Origin: Octopus sinensis
Taxonomy: Eukaryota
Reading direction: 5' to 3'
NCBI RefSeq assembly: GCF_006345805.1
Contig: NC_042999.1
Span: 73,098,001 to 73,162,000, forward strand
Length of the DNA: 64,000 nt
This document shows, in pieces, positions 41,611 through 53,950 of the stretch (the stretch's first letter is position 1; each line of letters starts with the position of its first letter). The position numbers and the translations under genes are program-made. The notes beneath the pieces were generated by a model. It was given only the letters and a program-made list of their open reading frames with translations, ran no database searches and was not told where the DNA came from.

Positions 41611-42894
41611 TATTTTATTAAGCATAACTAGTCCATGAACATTTTGATACTACCTCGTATAAAGCATAAAATAACAAATATATCTTCTGCATTTCTCATT
41701 ATGTAACGAGGCTTGGACTCTACATTTTACCCTGCCCCGCTCCCCGATGTAAAGATAAGATCTATATGGTAGTATGGTATAGGAGTTTAATATCGGTATA
41801 GGTATAGGAGTTTACTGAGTCCAGAATTCTCGGGGTGTTGTGTATGATACCTCTCTATCAGATATGGCTACTTTTGCACTCCTCTACACTTTCCTTTAAA
41901 AATATTCTTCTTTAAGCGCCTGCAACCGAGATATAGTACCCTCATGTAACAATGGTGGTCCCAAAATAATGAAAACACACAATAATATATCAAACGTCCA
42001 TATCCTTAGGACCTCAACGACTTTCAACGGACTATGTAATCGTTCGGTCGACCGGAAAATCTTGAGCACTCCTATTTAAACCACACTTATTTGCCTTCAT
42101 AAGTGCAGGAATTACAGCAGTGGCGTTTCATTGTTGGAAATGCTCATGGTACCCCAACAACCACAATGTTCATTGTTAGTTTTTGGTTCCTTAATAAAAC
42201 AAAAATTCAAAGAAAAAAACAAACAACCAAAAAAAACCTGTCACATCAAATTTTCTAGCGACTGTCGCTTATGTAACTAGAAGTCTTCGAAGTCGTTAAA
42301 CATTAGCGATAGATATGACTGTAGGTTTAAAATGTTTACTTCTCAACGGCACATTTTCGAATTCGGTCCTACTGCATGGCATTTTGGAGATATATATGCT
42401 TGTATAGCCTTCGATTGATTAATGCCGTGTAAATGAATGTTATATTTTCATTGAAGAATCCCAAGTTAACTCGCCGATGTAAATTAAATTTTGATTTTAC
42501 ATCTCCAGTGAATTAACTTGGGATCCCTTGACGACAATGTAACCTTCATTTAACTAGGCTATCTTCGGCTTGATGAGAGGTAGTGGTGTACCCCTCATTG
42601 TGTAATTATTACTTCCAAGGTTCTGCTAGTTAAGAAATATATGTAGCCTAGATTTTACCTGCTTAATTCCCTCAACTTGGATTTTATTTGCATTAATAGC
42701 AACCCTAATTGCTAACCGTGAACTATAGAAAAAACTTTTTTCAGCTTATTGAATTTCGATATGGGAAAACTTACAACTTTCTACGCTAATAAACTATTAT
42801 TGTTCCTGAAAATTGTTTTTATACTTACTACGGACTACTCGAAGCTTTCTAATTTCCTACTCCTATATCCTCGGATCTTATAATTACGTATCAC

Positions 42895-42927
<33 letters not shown>

Positions 42928-43189
42928 ATATATATATATATAATATATATATATATATATGCACAGACGCACATCACAAGAAAAAGGTTAAAAGTGGCTC
43001 CGAAGTTTCACCAACGACAGACTGCATTTTGACAAAGTCGAAGTCACAGTTAACCTTTTCCTTCTATAAAAATATCATTAATACTCTTAAATGTATTAGA
43101 TGCTCTTTCAATTTACATTGAATATTTTCTACTTATGAGTTTATAGAAAACACAAACACGTACATACATATGCTTAAATGTAACCACGT

Positions 43190-43380
43190 GTGAATAGTTG
43201 GCGATTTTTTTCAGCCGTCTTCCTTTCTATTGGACTTTCCCCTGTTTCTGAAGAAGAGCGTTGCTCGAAATGTTAAACCATCTTTCTTTCCTTCCCTGAG
43301 CATCTGCTAATACTTTACATGTACCACGTCCGCGCGTTGTTGCTTTTTTGTGTTTGTTGTTCTTTTTTTGGATTTACATG
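43190..43380 (+). mobile_element. PLE-type solo terminal repeat, family 1
   Basis: Same gttggcgatttttt...cctgagc...ccacgtcc sequence as 11510-11716; carries an HHR. Confidence 0.7.
43244..43278 (+). ncRNA. Minimal type I hammerhead ribozyme motif with extra A
   Basis: GTTT-CTGAAGA-A-GAGC(GTT)GCTC-GAAA-TG-TT|AAAC; stems I and II pair and the core is complete. Confidence 0.7.
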
Positions 43381-43430
<50 letters not shown>

Positions 43431-44397
43431 CCCGTGTGTGTGAGTGTGTCTGTTGGTTTTAACATGCTTATAAGGTTATACAAAACACATGGTTCGATTC
43501 CCTTAGGTGACGTTATAAAATTTTCTCTCACGCAAAAAAGACACACGCACACACACACAATATGGGCTAGGTGAACATGAATGTGTATGGATGGGTGTGC
43601 ATGAGTGTTGAGTTTGTATATGTATGCAAGAAAGGTATAGGCAAGTGTTTAAGTATACACATATTCACATTTAGGACTTGCACAACTTTGTCTATAACCA
43701 AGATAATTTCGTCTTTCTACCGGATTAAAAGATAAATACATAGATAAGTAGAGTTCATTGCTGTCTGTTATCTCTAGATTTACTATTACTTTAATCCGAT
43801 TTTCTGTGTATCTTATGGATTCAAGCTGTCTACGAACTCTTAAACATTTATTTTTCTTGTCGTTGACTTTTATCGCTAATTTGAACCAGATTTTAACAGT
43901 TGAACCACATTTTAAAATTCGGTTCAAATCTTGCAGTACAATTTGGCTTATGACCTAGGATTTACTGATTGGTTGTATTTCGTCAGAAAATCTTAATCAA
44001 TTGTGACATAGTAAGATTAACTAATAATGTACTTTGTTAATGATTTTCAAGACGGAGATGCACATGAAAAATATTACAATTATATGGCGGATGAAAATCA
44101 AGTGAAAGTTATTAGGAAGAAATTTTAAATTTGTAGGTTACTCTTTCGTCTGATGTAAAAGGCTCTTATTACTGCTAGTGCTGTTATTGTTGTTTTTTTA
44201 ATCTCATGTTAGACTTGATCCAGCAGGCCTATGATTAAAGGCGTTCCAGTCGTAACCATCCCGTGATTTTGTATATCAATAGTTAAAATTCTAAATATTA
44301 CTTTTAAAATAGTAGAATGGTTAATCACACAACTATTTTAAGGTCGGTTAACCACATCGTGTGTGTGTGTGCTGTGATATATGTGAATATGTAAATA

Positions 44398-45637
44398 CCT
44401 GGTGTTCCCCTAAAATGGATACCTGCATTGAATATTTACATAATCAGTACTTACTAAAATACATTTCATTTTCAAAATTTAATAGAATTTACAATAAAAA
44501 TTTGATTTTTTTTTTATGAACGCCTGTTTTGAAACCGGTGACCAATCTAGTCTAGGCACTGTTGAAGCAATGGAGTCGCAATCATCAAGAAACAGTTTGT
44601 TCGGTATTTGTGCATATTTTCGCTCAATCACTGCCCTCAACTCGTTGACTGTTGCAAATTTTGTATTGTAAACTTTATCTTTTAAGCTTCCTCTTTAAAA
44701 AAATCCTTGTGGCATGATGTCCGGTGAACGCGGAGGGTATTCTGCAGAATCTCTACAACCAATCCCTCTTTGTGAAAAAATCTCATTAAAGTAGGCCCTT
44801 ACATTGCTATGATAGTGTGAGGATACCCTATTTTGCTGGAAATAAAACCCTACGTACATTTTCAAAGCTCTCTTGAATGTTTGTCATATATCTGTCGCAG
44901 CAATTTTAAGTAAATGGAACCAGTCACAGTACGTTAACAGAAAATGGTCCAACTAATCCTTTTGATGATAAGCTGCATCATACTGTAATTCCCAGTAAAT
45001 TAACTCGATGCTCCTCCGTAATACACGGATTCCTGGGTCCTCAGTAGATGCAACTGTAGCGGTTAATCGAGTCATTTAATATATATGTATCCCGATCACC
45101 CTAAGCAATCTTTCTCGGAAAGCATGCATCTTCTACACATTATTGCCAAGAACCACTTGCAAAACTCCACTTTTTGGTGCAGATAATCTCCATTGAGAGC
45201 ATGGACTATTTCTGGAATGTAACTTTTCGAATGACAACGCTTGAAAATGCAATGGACGCTTGATTTTGAAAATGCCACTCACAACTTGCTTGGCACACAA
45301 ATTTTCTTGATCTCTGGTAATATGTTTCTAGTACATTTTTGTGTTTTGTGGGATTCGTTGATGTCTGCGGTTTTCCAGAACATTTCTTTTAGATATCAAC
45401 AATTTTACCTGCATCAAACTTATTTCTAATTCGAGCGATGGTACGTTGCGTGGGTGGATCTGTTTGAAACCCCTTAAAATTTCTTCGTACTTTGCATTTT
45501 CAAACATTTAGGAAAAGTGTCCTTTGTTCAAAGTTTGACCTGGGACTCATCATTACTTCTAATGAGTTAAATCTGAGCAGAAATGAAAATTTAACTTTCA
45601 ACTGTTAAAGTGTGTATACATTTTCGGGGACATTCTG
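44398..45637 (-). mobile_element. Degraded full-length Tc1/mariner element (rosa/maT-like, YPPRSPD motif)
   Basis: TIRs cctggtgttcccctaaaatggatac / gtatacattttcggggacattctg with TA flanks. Remnant frames include VHAL..D...EFCKW, GLVGPF and YPPRSPD..P. Confidence 0.85.
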
Positions 45638-45644
45638 TAAATAA

Positions 45645-46515
45645 ACAGGGTTTGGGAGGCATTTGAGGACATTTAATGAAACGACTTTGAACTAGCAAAA
45701 ACCAAATGTATTTTAATAAAAAATTGTGCGCATTGATAAAATTTCTTATACGATTATTCTATGAATCCAGCTTCAGCTTCGACGACTGCTTCAATGCGTG
45801 ACCAGAATCGATGACATGTCTACGCTAAATTACCCTTATTCGTTTCGGAGTCAGCTGGGTAAGGGTATTCTTCAGTGAAGTTCTGTGAGAATGCCGACAA
45901 GTCTCCTTTCAACAATGCTTTCAACACAGCAATCCATGAGGTTTATATCTGACAAGGCTGGAGGTTACATGTTTGTATTACATGATCATAAATATTGTCT
46001 GACATCCATTCCTGAGTTACGTGTTCTTTGTGAGAAGAATTAGTCATGTTGAAGCAAGTGAGAACATTTACCGTCTACTTCATTCATCCCGGGCTTAACA
46101 ACGGTCTCCAGCACCTCAATGTACCCAGCAGCATTAATACTAAGACCTTGTGGAAATATGAGCTATTATGACCTGACCTTCGTTATTCACCATTCCTAAA
46201 ACCATTCCAGTTTCTAGAAACTTATCATGCGTCACTCTGGGCACATCAAAAGTATCTGCACGTAACCATCTGTCATTTCTCCTTTTATTTTTGGTCTAGG
46301 TCGAAGTTTTTCTCATCAGAAAAGAATCAAAGCATGTTATATTTAACCTTGTTAAGTAAATGGTTTTCTTGTGTCTTTGCAAATATGAATTGACATACGA
46401 CTTGTATCGAATGTTCACAGTTCTGATTGCCCACTCCAACACCTGAAATTCTTTGGCAATGGCTCTCATAGATTTTCTAGGATCATCGTCAATAATGCTT
46501 TGAACTCCCTGCAAG
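45645..46515 (-). mobile_element. Degraded DD37D (maT-like) transposon
   Basis: IIDDDPRKSMRAIAKE, SDEKNFD, RNDRWL, MVLGMV..EG and GYIEVLETVVKP remnants. Confidence 0.85.
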
Positions 46516-47239
46516 AATTACGGTGCCCCTAGAGTAGCCAAACGTGTAAAAGGATTTATGTGATAACCTGCTCGGGTTGCGGTCACAACTATATTGGACA
46601 GAAGAGTATGACCTCGAGAAAGAGAACCACTCTACATAAAGAGTAAATCCGTTTCCCGCAATACAGGCAAATTCCTCTCAGTGAACATATAGAAAAATGT
46701 GCAGATAGCATCAAACCAAATTTCACAGTCTTCCCCTTCTACCAGTGCAAAGATACAACCTCTCCACAAGAACGTTTAGATAAAGAAACTTTTTTCCTTG
46801 AAAAATACAGAACACGTCTTAATATAACCAACTTTCATCTTTTTACATATTCCAATTCACGATTACACCACTGTGCATAAATCCCTTTACTAAGCAAGTT
46901 TTTCGAAACCTTTTTTTTGTCTGTACATATATATTCCCCTCCCCTTACCGAAAGCTGAACAGTTGTCTCCCTTGCCCACAACAATAACAATGATAACGAT
47001 AACCAATTACCCCCATCCTTATTTTTCTAATTGTGAAGTAATTCACTCGTAAATATCATCACATTTAACATGGACAAAATTTCTTAAGAAAATACATACT
47101 CAAATAAGTAAACCATAATATCATGAATAGCGTAAATGAAACCGGTCGATATATTAAAAATTATATTAAAACTATGTAAAGTGTGTGTATTTTCCTTTTT
47201 TAATTTCTTATATATGTATGTATATATATATAAGAAATT

Positions 47240-47425
47240 AAAAAAGGAAAATACACAACAACACAAGGACGTGGAACAAATAAAGTATTATTGGACGCTC
47301 AGGAAAGAAGGGAAGAAGGAGGGTTTAACGTTTTGGGCGGAGCTCTTCGTCGGAAACATAGAAAGAAAGATCCCGAGAAGGGAAGACAGAGGAAAAAAAT
47401 CGCCAGTGGTACTCAGGAGGTCACA
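47240..47425 (-). mobile_element. PLE-type solo terminal repeat, family 1
   Basis: Reverse-complement homolog of 11510-11716 with a degenerate HHR at 47323-47357. Confidence 0.7.
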
Positions 47426-47766
47426 TATATATATGTGTGTGTGTGTGTTATACGTATATATATATTATATTATATTATATTATATAGACGCTGCCAGCAT
47501 GTATGTATTCAATTATGTGTTGACAGCAGCAACAGAGCCATTTAGCTCTTATTTCAAGCAGTGTAGGTGTCCTAACATCCTCAGTCATATTTAATGACGT
47601 TTGTTGTTTTCCTTTTGGGTGAAACTCTAACTAGCTGCTTCATTTATTTATTGGTATATACATCAATGATTCGCTAACTCATCCATAAATTTTTATGGAG
47701 TAGACATATATGCTTGTAGCAAGGCTGTCTGGGAATTGGCGAACTGTGCCGACTTTTCTGACGATG

Positions 47767-47876
<110 letters not shown>

Positions 47877-48615
47877 AAGTTGATTCACCTCATGATCAGC
47901 AGAGTTATCGACTGTGATCTTTTTCTGCAAAGAAACATTTCTTCAGAAACAACTTGAATTAATTTAGCCCCGCTTAAACTTTTCCCTGACCTTCATCATA
48001 TATGTCGCATTTGAATAAAACGTAAAATTATTTTCACCAACAAAATAGCTTTATCCATGCAATGATTGAAAGCATAACTGGCTGACAACAATATCTTGTC
48101 ACCTTCGGTGTTACACTACTTTGAAGCTTTGTACTCAACTTTTCTTGTGGTGTGTCTAGAAACAAGGAAAGTAGAAGTGCTTCAGTACTCATTTTCAGAA
48201 TCAGAATTACTGCCATTTTGGAACACCTTGATATTCTATACCGACTGTGGCTTTTCTTAGAATAACATATATGTAAGAATATGTTTAATATATAGTCTAT
48301 TATATAAGAATATAATAGACTATATATTATTCATATAAATACAGTGTACATTTAAACACAAACGTGGTATCCATCATATACACGTGTATATATATTTAAT
48401 CTAAGATGTACATGCTGAAGAAGGCTTCGCCTAGCAAATTATTTTATTTGCTAAAAAAATTCTGAAACCATTGGCCCAGGAGTTAGATGGTAAATGTTTC
48501 TATTTTTCATCCCATTCGAAATTTTATCTCTAATAGTGGTTTGGAATTTAACTGTCCTCTCTAGCGTGCAGGTTGTCCTATAATGGATACCTCTTTTGTG
48601 TTTTAATTTACACTG

Positions 48616-48685
<70 letters not shown>

Positions 48686-49945
48686 TTTATAACATGACTT
48701 GCTGAATGAAGACAAAAGTATTTAACTGCTTTTCGATTACATAAACGATAATAGTTCATAATATCCATAATTTTCACTTAGAAGCAAGTCAACACTTCTT
48801 TGTTATGAATACTTATAGCATCCTGCCTTAGCAATAGATCAGAATTAGTTTGGCAGAAACGTTAGAGTATCTAGCCAAATTGTTCACAGTATTTAGTTTC
48901 ATCCCTCTACAGATTGAATCCAAATTTTACCAAGATCGATTTGCCTTTCATGAATTTAATGTTAATGTCAATAAAACTAATAGCAGTAATACATTTCTCT
49001 CCAATGAAAATTAGCCTTGATCCGAATAAAATACATTTTTTTAATGAACGATACAGCTTCCTTATGACATAACTACAAGTAAGAAAATGTGTTCTGCTAA
49101 GGTAATGGAAGACAGAAGCGTGAGATAATAAGAAATGAAATGACAGAAAGCAGTAAAGCAAACTGTCTGGAAAATGGAAGAGATAAAATTTATGTCGTGA
49201 TGGGATTAGTAAACAATAGGTTTGATTCATAACATCTCAAAGAATCAAAAGCTATCAAACAAGCGCTAAGCCACTCAGTTTTCTTATGAGATATTAGAGT
49301 TTGCAATTTCACGAAGAGAAAAATAATATTGTTTGAAGCCTAAAAAAAAAAGCGGGTCATTGATCTGAGAAAAGATACTTTATAAAATGGGTGGAATCTG
49401 AAGATGTGTGCTGCGATCACTTTCAAAAACTAAATATGTTTTATTTAACTTAACAAATATGCTACTGGATTTTTTTTTTTTTTTACTTCTATCACGTTTT
49501 TACCTGTTTTCGTTTTGGCGTAAAATAAACTGAAAAAAAGTCAATTTTGAAGAAAAAACAAAAACAAACTGTTAATCAAGAAGCAAGGAAGTGTTGGGTA
49601 TAAATAAAAGGCGTCTTCTATAACAGAATTCTAAGAAATATCGTTGATTTGTGATAGGAAAAAAGGTGAATCGTTGAATTAGGGGCGTAGTTTCAAATAA
49701 GTTGTTTCCGGAAATGAATGAAAAGCCCCACAAAATGAGGACTGCCAAAGAGTTGACGCTCATAAGTATGTTCCAGGCACGAAATAAAAGAAAAACGAAC
49801 AGTCGAAATCAACCGGTGACACCTTTGATTTATATAAAAGTTTAATGTTTGGATTAAGGTGAAAAGCAAACAAGGAAACTACCTAATATTGACTCACGAT
49901 TCATTGAAGATATATCAACATGCGAACGCACGGACACACACGCAC

Positions 49946-49986
<41 letters not shown>

Positions 49987-50537
49987 GAGGCATATATATA
50001 TGTGTGTATGTGTGTGTACGTCCACAGAAGAAAACTCATGCACATCTGGTGTATAGAATTATTTTTTCAAGTTCACAAAATTTGTACATATGTACACACT
50101 CACGTATGTTCATATAATGATTGCACATAAGGATTTATTTTGACTAGACACTGACAGATTTTTATAAAGAAGGGACGTTAGTTCATTGCGTTGACCCAAA
50201 TATTCTTTAAGTAGTATAAGCTAACCTTACTCTGGGGTACGTAAAAGCCCTATGCATTCTTTGTAACAGAAAAATAAGTTAATGTTAAACTTGTAAATTG
50301 TAAGTTCACTACGCCTTTACCTATCATTATATTACACTTTTACATGTGTCAGTAATTTTGACTGTGGCGATGCTGGAGCACTGCCTTTTAGTCGATGAGA
50401 TTGGCCCTTGGAATTATTTTTTGTTGGGCCGGATACTTATTCTATCATTTTCTCTTGACGAACCGCTAAGTTACGGGGACGTAAACATACCAAGATCGGT
50501 TGTCAAGCGATGATGGAGGAACAAACTCAGACACACA

Positions 50538-50589
<52 letters not shown>

Positions 50590-50604
<15 letters not shown>

Positions 50605-50919
50605 GTAATGTATGTAATGTATGTATATATGTGTGTATATATGTATGTATACATATATTTATATGCATATATATGTACAAATATATATATATATGTAATG
50701 TATGTATATATATGTGTATATATGTATGTATACATATATTTATATGCATATATATGTACAAATATATATATATGTAATGTATGTATATATGTGTGTATAT
50801 ATGTATGTATACATATATTTATATGCATATATATGTACAAATATATATATATATATGTAATGTATGTATATATGTGTGTATATATGTATGTATACATATA
50901 TTTATATGCATATATATGT

Positions 50920-50945
<26 letters not shown>
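50590..50945 (+). repeat. Minisatellite of about 70-75 bp built from TA/TG microsatellite
   Basis: atgtaatgtatgtatatatgtgtgtatatatgtatgtatacatatatttatatgcatatatatgtacaaat repeated about 4 times. Confidence 0.85.
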
Positions 50946-51008
<63 letters not shown>

Positions 51009-51229
51009 AGTTTTGTGTGTGGCATCCAACTACATCAGAGACTTGGGAGTAATTGGTAACAACAGCATAAGCTGGGCCGGTCGTATAAACAGTAAAGTTG
51101 AAATGGCCCGCAGAATGTGTCCCTAGAATCTCACAACTTTCCACTCGAGAGATATCCACACCATTATCCTTCTCTTCTCCACTTTTGCAGAACCCCACCT
51201 TGAATACTGTTGCCCACTGTGATCTCTTC

Positions 51230-51705
51230 ACATGAAATAAAGTATCATGAAAACTGAAGTACCTCAAAGGTCAATTACAAAAAGGTAGACTAGCAAAGCT
51301 CAAGCTGAATTCTCTCCAACGCTGCTGTCAGCGCTACATCTTCTGCATGATGTGGAAAATATTCCATCAACAAATGATGTTAGCATCGCCTTTAAGATAC
51401 CCACAAGGGCTAGTGCTATCCACCCACAGCGTAAATCATACTCGTATCACATAATAACAATACAGCACAATTAATTCACCTCAATTGGCTCCACTCTCTT
51501 TAATATTACACCAAAGTACAATAAAACAGAAACAGATCTCATAAAGTTCAAGAAGTCTTTGGACAAATTCCTTCAAAAAAATCACCCGGATATGTCTCCA
51601 TAAACAATAACTCTCTACTCGAGTGGGCCATGTTGTCCGATTTCTGATTTGAATGACTTTGCCAGGTGGTGCTATTAAGTTAGACATGGCCAAAGTATCA
51701 AAGTA
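51230..51705 (+). mobile_element. CR1/L2-like LINE 3' end
   Basis: FTSIGSTLFNITPK...KFKKSLDKFLQK...NNNSLLEW remnants, ending in a (TA)n tail. Confidence 0.7.
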
Positions 51706-51889
51706 TATATATATATATATATATAGGTGAGAAAGTTGGTGTGTGAAAGCACGTGGTTGAATATATAGAAAATAGTAAAAAGTGAAAAAACTACAGAAGG
51801 CTTGTTTTAAAAGGTTAAAAAATATATATTTGAGTCATTATGTCTGAAGAATGTTATAATTTTTTTTTTATACAATGACATAGTTTTTG

Positions 51890-51929
51890 AAGAAATGACC
51901 GGTTTCGCGTTCAGCTTTTCAAATTTCTT
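51890..51929 (-). ncRNA. Minimal HHR (C3U/G8A core) in the 3' terminal repeat of PLE-B
   Basis: AAGAAAT-TTGAAAA-GC(TGAAC)GC-GAAA-CCGG-TC|ATTTCTT; 7-bp stem I and ACCGGT palindrome. Confidence 0.7.
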
Positions 51930-52678
51930 ACATCGTTATGTTTTCGTTGAGAAGTGTAAAGAAGAGTTCCAGATAAGGGGAGGTAATAAGTGATTTCTTC
52001 CGGTGTAAGGGAGATAATCGCTTTATATTTCTTGCCTTTTGGGGGGGGGGGTGAGTTTCTCTGTATAAGAATGTTGGAATGGTTAAGTTTGGGCTTGTAT
52101 TTTTCAATGAAGAATGTTTCCTTGTTTAGTCTAATTTGTGTTGGTGTTCCGATAGCACATTGATAAAATGGAAAGATTAAAAATTGTAGTAGTAGTTGCT
52201 TTGCGCATTTCTCAACGTGCTCATTAAAGGGTATCATTCTGTATTCTGGGAATGCAATCTGTTGTCGATGCAGTGTGCATCTACGTCTGAGTGATAGTCC
52301 CGTGGACCCCACGTAGTTTTGGTGGCAGCCCGAACATCTTATGACATAAATTATGTTTTCAGAGGCACAAGTAAAATTAGATTTGATCTTGAATTTCTGT
52401 CCCTCTTTGAAGAGGAATTCTGATCCTTCTAGCAGGTTTGGACATGTTGCACAGTTCGGTCTACCACATTTTTTTACTTTTGCATCCGTAATTTCAGAAA
52501 ACAATTTTGCCTTTGTGAGAATCTTTTTAAGTGATTTAGGTTGTTTGTAGCTTTTAATGATTTGGTGTATGTTTAGAATTTCCTTTAATTTGGGGTCCTT
52601 ATGAAGTATTGGTAAATTCTGGGTGATGATGGTGAAGGCTTATTTGTTTCTGGGGTTGTATGTGGATATGTAAGGTAG
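51911..52678 (-). pseudogene. PLE RT-thumb/linker and GIY-YIG endonuclease fragment
   Basis: LPYISTYNPRNK*AFTIITQNLPILHKDPKL...QPKSLKKILTKAK...KCGRPNCATC...NIIYVIRCSGCHQNYVGST...RCTLH...EH...ETFFIEKYKPKLN; one in-frame stop near the 5' end. Confidence 0.92.
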
Positions 52679-52792
52679 TATTTTCGGCAAGAAATATTAA
52701 GCGATTATCTCCCTTACACCGGAAGAAATCACTTATTACCTCCCCTTATCTGGAACTCTTCTTTACACTTCTCAACGAAAACATAACGATGT

Positions 52793-52832
52793 AAGAAGTT
52801 TGAAAAGCTGAACGCGAAACCGGTCATTTCTT
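52793..52832 (+). ncRNA. Minimal HHR (C3U/G8A core) in the inverted terminal-repeat copy of PLE-B
   Basis: AAGAAGT-TTGAAAA-GC(TGAAC)GC-GAAA-CCGG-TC|ATTTCTT. Confidence 0.7.
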
Positions 52833-52845
52833 CAAAAACTATATA

Positions 52846-52920
52846 TCCTGCCAGTTAGACAGCTACAGACGTTTCAGGGTTGTTGCCCCTTATCAATGCA
52901 GCGTAGTCTGACTGGCAGGA
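52846..52920 (-). ncRNA. Minimal HHR (C3U/G8A core) with long extended stem I
   Basis: TCCTGCCAGT..GCTGCA-TTGATAA-GGGG(CAACAA)CCCT-GAAA-CG-TC|TGTAGC..ACTGGCAGGA. Confidence 0.75.
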
Positions 52921-53140
52921 TGAAGCGGCTCACCTCCCTTGTTCGAAGGTTTATAATGGACGCAGATTTGTGTGTCAAATAGCTACCTTGAGGCGGTGGC
53001 CTCTTGCAGCTAATCAGCGACAGTTTTAGTCTTATATTTATAAGACTGCCATATTAGTATGGCGATAACTATTAATTTCCAGTAACGCTGCCGTAATCTC
53101 CTTTAGAGAGACTTAGTAATTTTAATATTTCTATTAAAGA
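52846..53140. mobile_element. PLE-type terminal repeat, third family, internally inverted
   Basis: Contains an HHR on the minus strand. Segments are shared with 32460-32597 but in mixed orientation. Confidence 0.6.
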
Positions 53141-53679
53141 TTTAATAGGACTGCAAAAAAGAAGTGCTCAGGTAAATGACGTAATGATAATTAAACATTG
53201 GTCATAGAACAAACATTAAAATGAGTTAACGACTTTATATACTGTATCAAACCTCCAACATACATCATATATAAATAAATATTACCATGGCTTTCATAAT
53301 ATATAAATCAAAATATAAAATATAAAGACATACAAATACAGAAGACCACTAAGGTTAAAATATACATATATGCGAAAAAAACCTATATAATAATGTTACA
53401 TCAAAAGACGACTAAAAATTTATAAAATACTTTAAAATACTAAAAATATGTCATGCTCAAAAAGTTGAGAAATCGAGTAAACAAATAAAGAATAAATCAA
53501 CTAAAAAGTTATATTTACTTCACTCACACCAAAAGGTAATAATCAATGAGTAAATTATATTTCTAATAAAAAAAACTACGTCCACACAGTATATGATAGT
53601 TCAAGATTAAGGATTCACCAATTAAATTAAACATATCATCTATGGCCATTTCGGGAGCACATCACCAAAGTTAGATAGC

Positions 53680-53720
53680 AATTGATGCATATCACGGCAA
53701 TGGACCCCTCGTCAGGATGA
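53680..53720 (-). ncRNA. Possible decayed HHR
   Basis: CTGACGA-GGGG(TCCATTG)CCGT-GATA-TGCATC with an ATGCAT palindrome; stems I and II imperfect. Confidence 0.3.
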
Positions 53721-53769
53721 AAAGAGAGATAGGACACATATACAAGACCAGGACAACCTTATCATACCT

Positions 53770-53950
53770 ATTTCTTTATTGCCCACAAGGGGCTAAACAC
53801 AGAGGGAACAAACACGGATAGAAAAACAGATTAGGTCGATTATATCGACCCTAGTGCGTAACTGGTACTTATTTAATTGAGCCCGAAAGGATGAAAGGCA
53901 AAGTCGACCTCGGTGGAATTTGAACTCAGAACGTAGCGGCAGGCGAAGGA
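53770..53950 (-). mobile_element. SINE family B
   Basis: Reverse-complement match to 6200-6360. Confidence 0.8.

Larger units (their letters stand above)
51730..52842 (-). mobile_element. Penelope-like element B, 5'-truncated, with inverted terminal-repeat copy
   Basis: PLE linker plus GIY-YIG frame, flanked by a 157-bp inverted repeat (51880-52036 and 52686-52842). 3' end lies at the (TA)n at 51705-51725. Confidence 0.92.

Noticed and set aside
48034-48216. Minus-strand ORF MAVILILKMSTEALLLSLFL.. as a possible chitinase signal-peptide exon
   Set aside because: No good phase-1 donor. The exon at 36802-36877 has a strong donor, the correct phase and a better signal peptide.
50590-50945. Regularly spaced repeats resembling a CRISPR array
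   Set aside because: Units are near-identical microsatellite mosaics without unique spacers, in a eukaryotic context with no cas genes.
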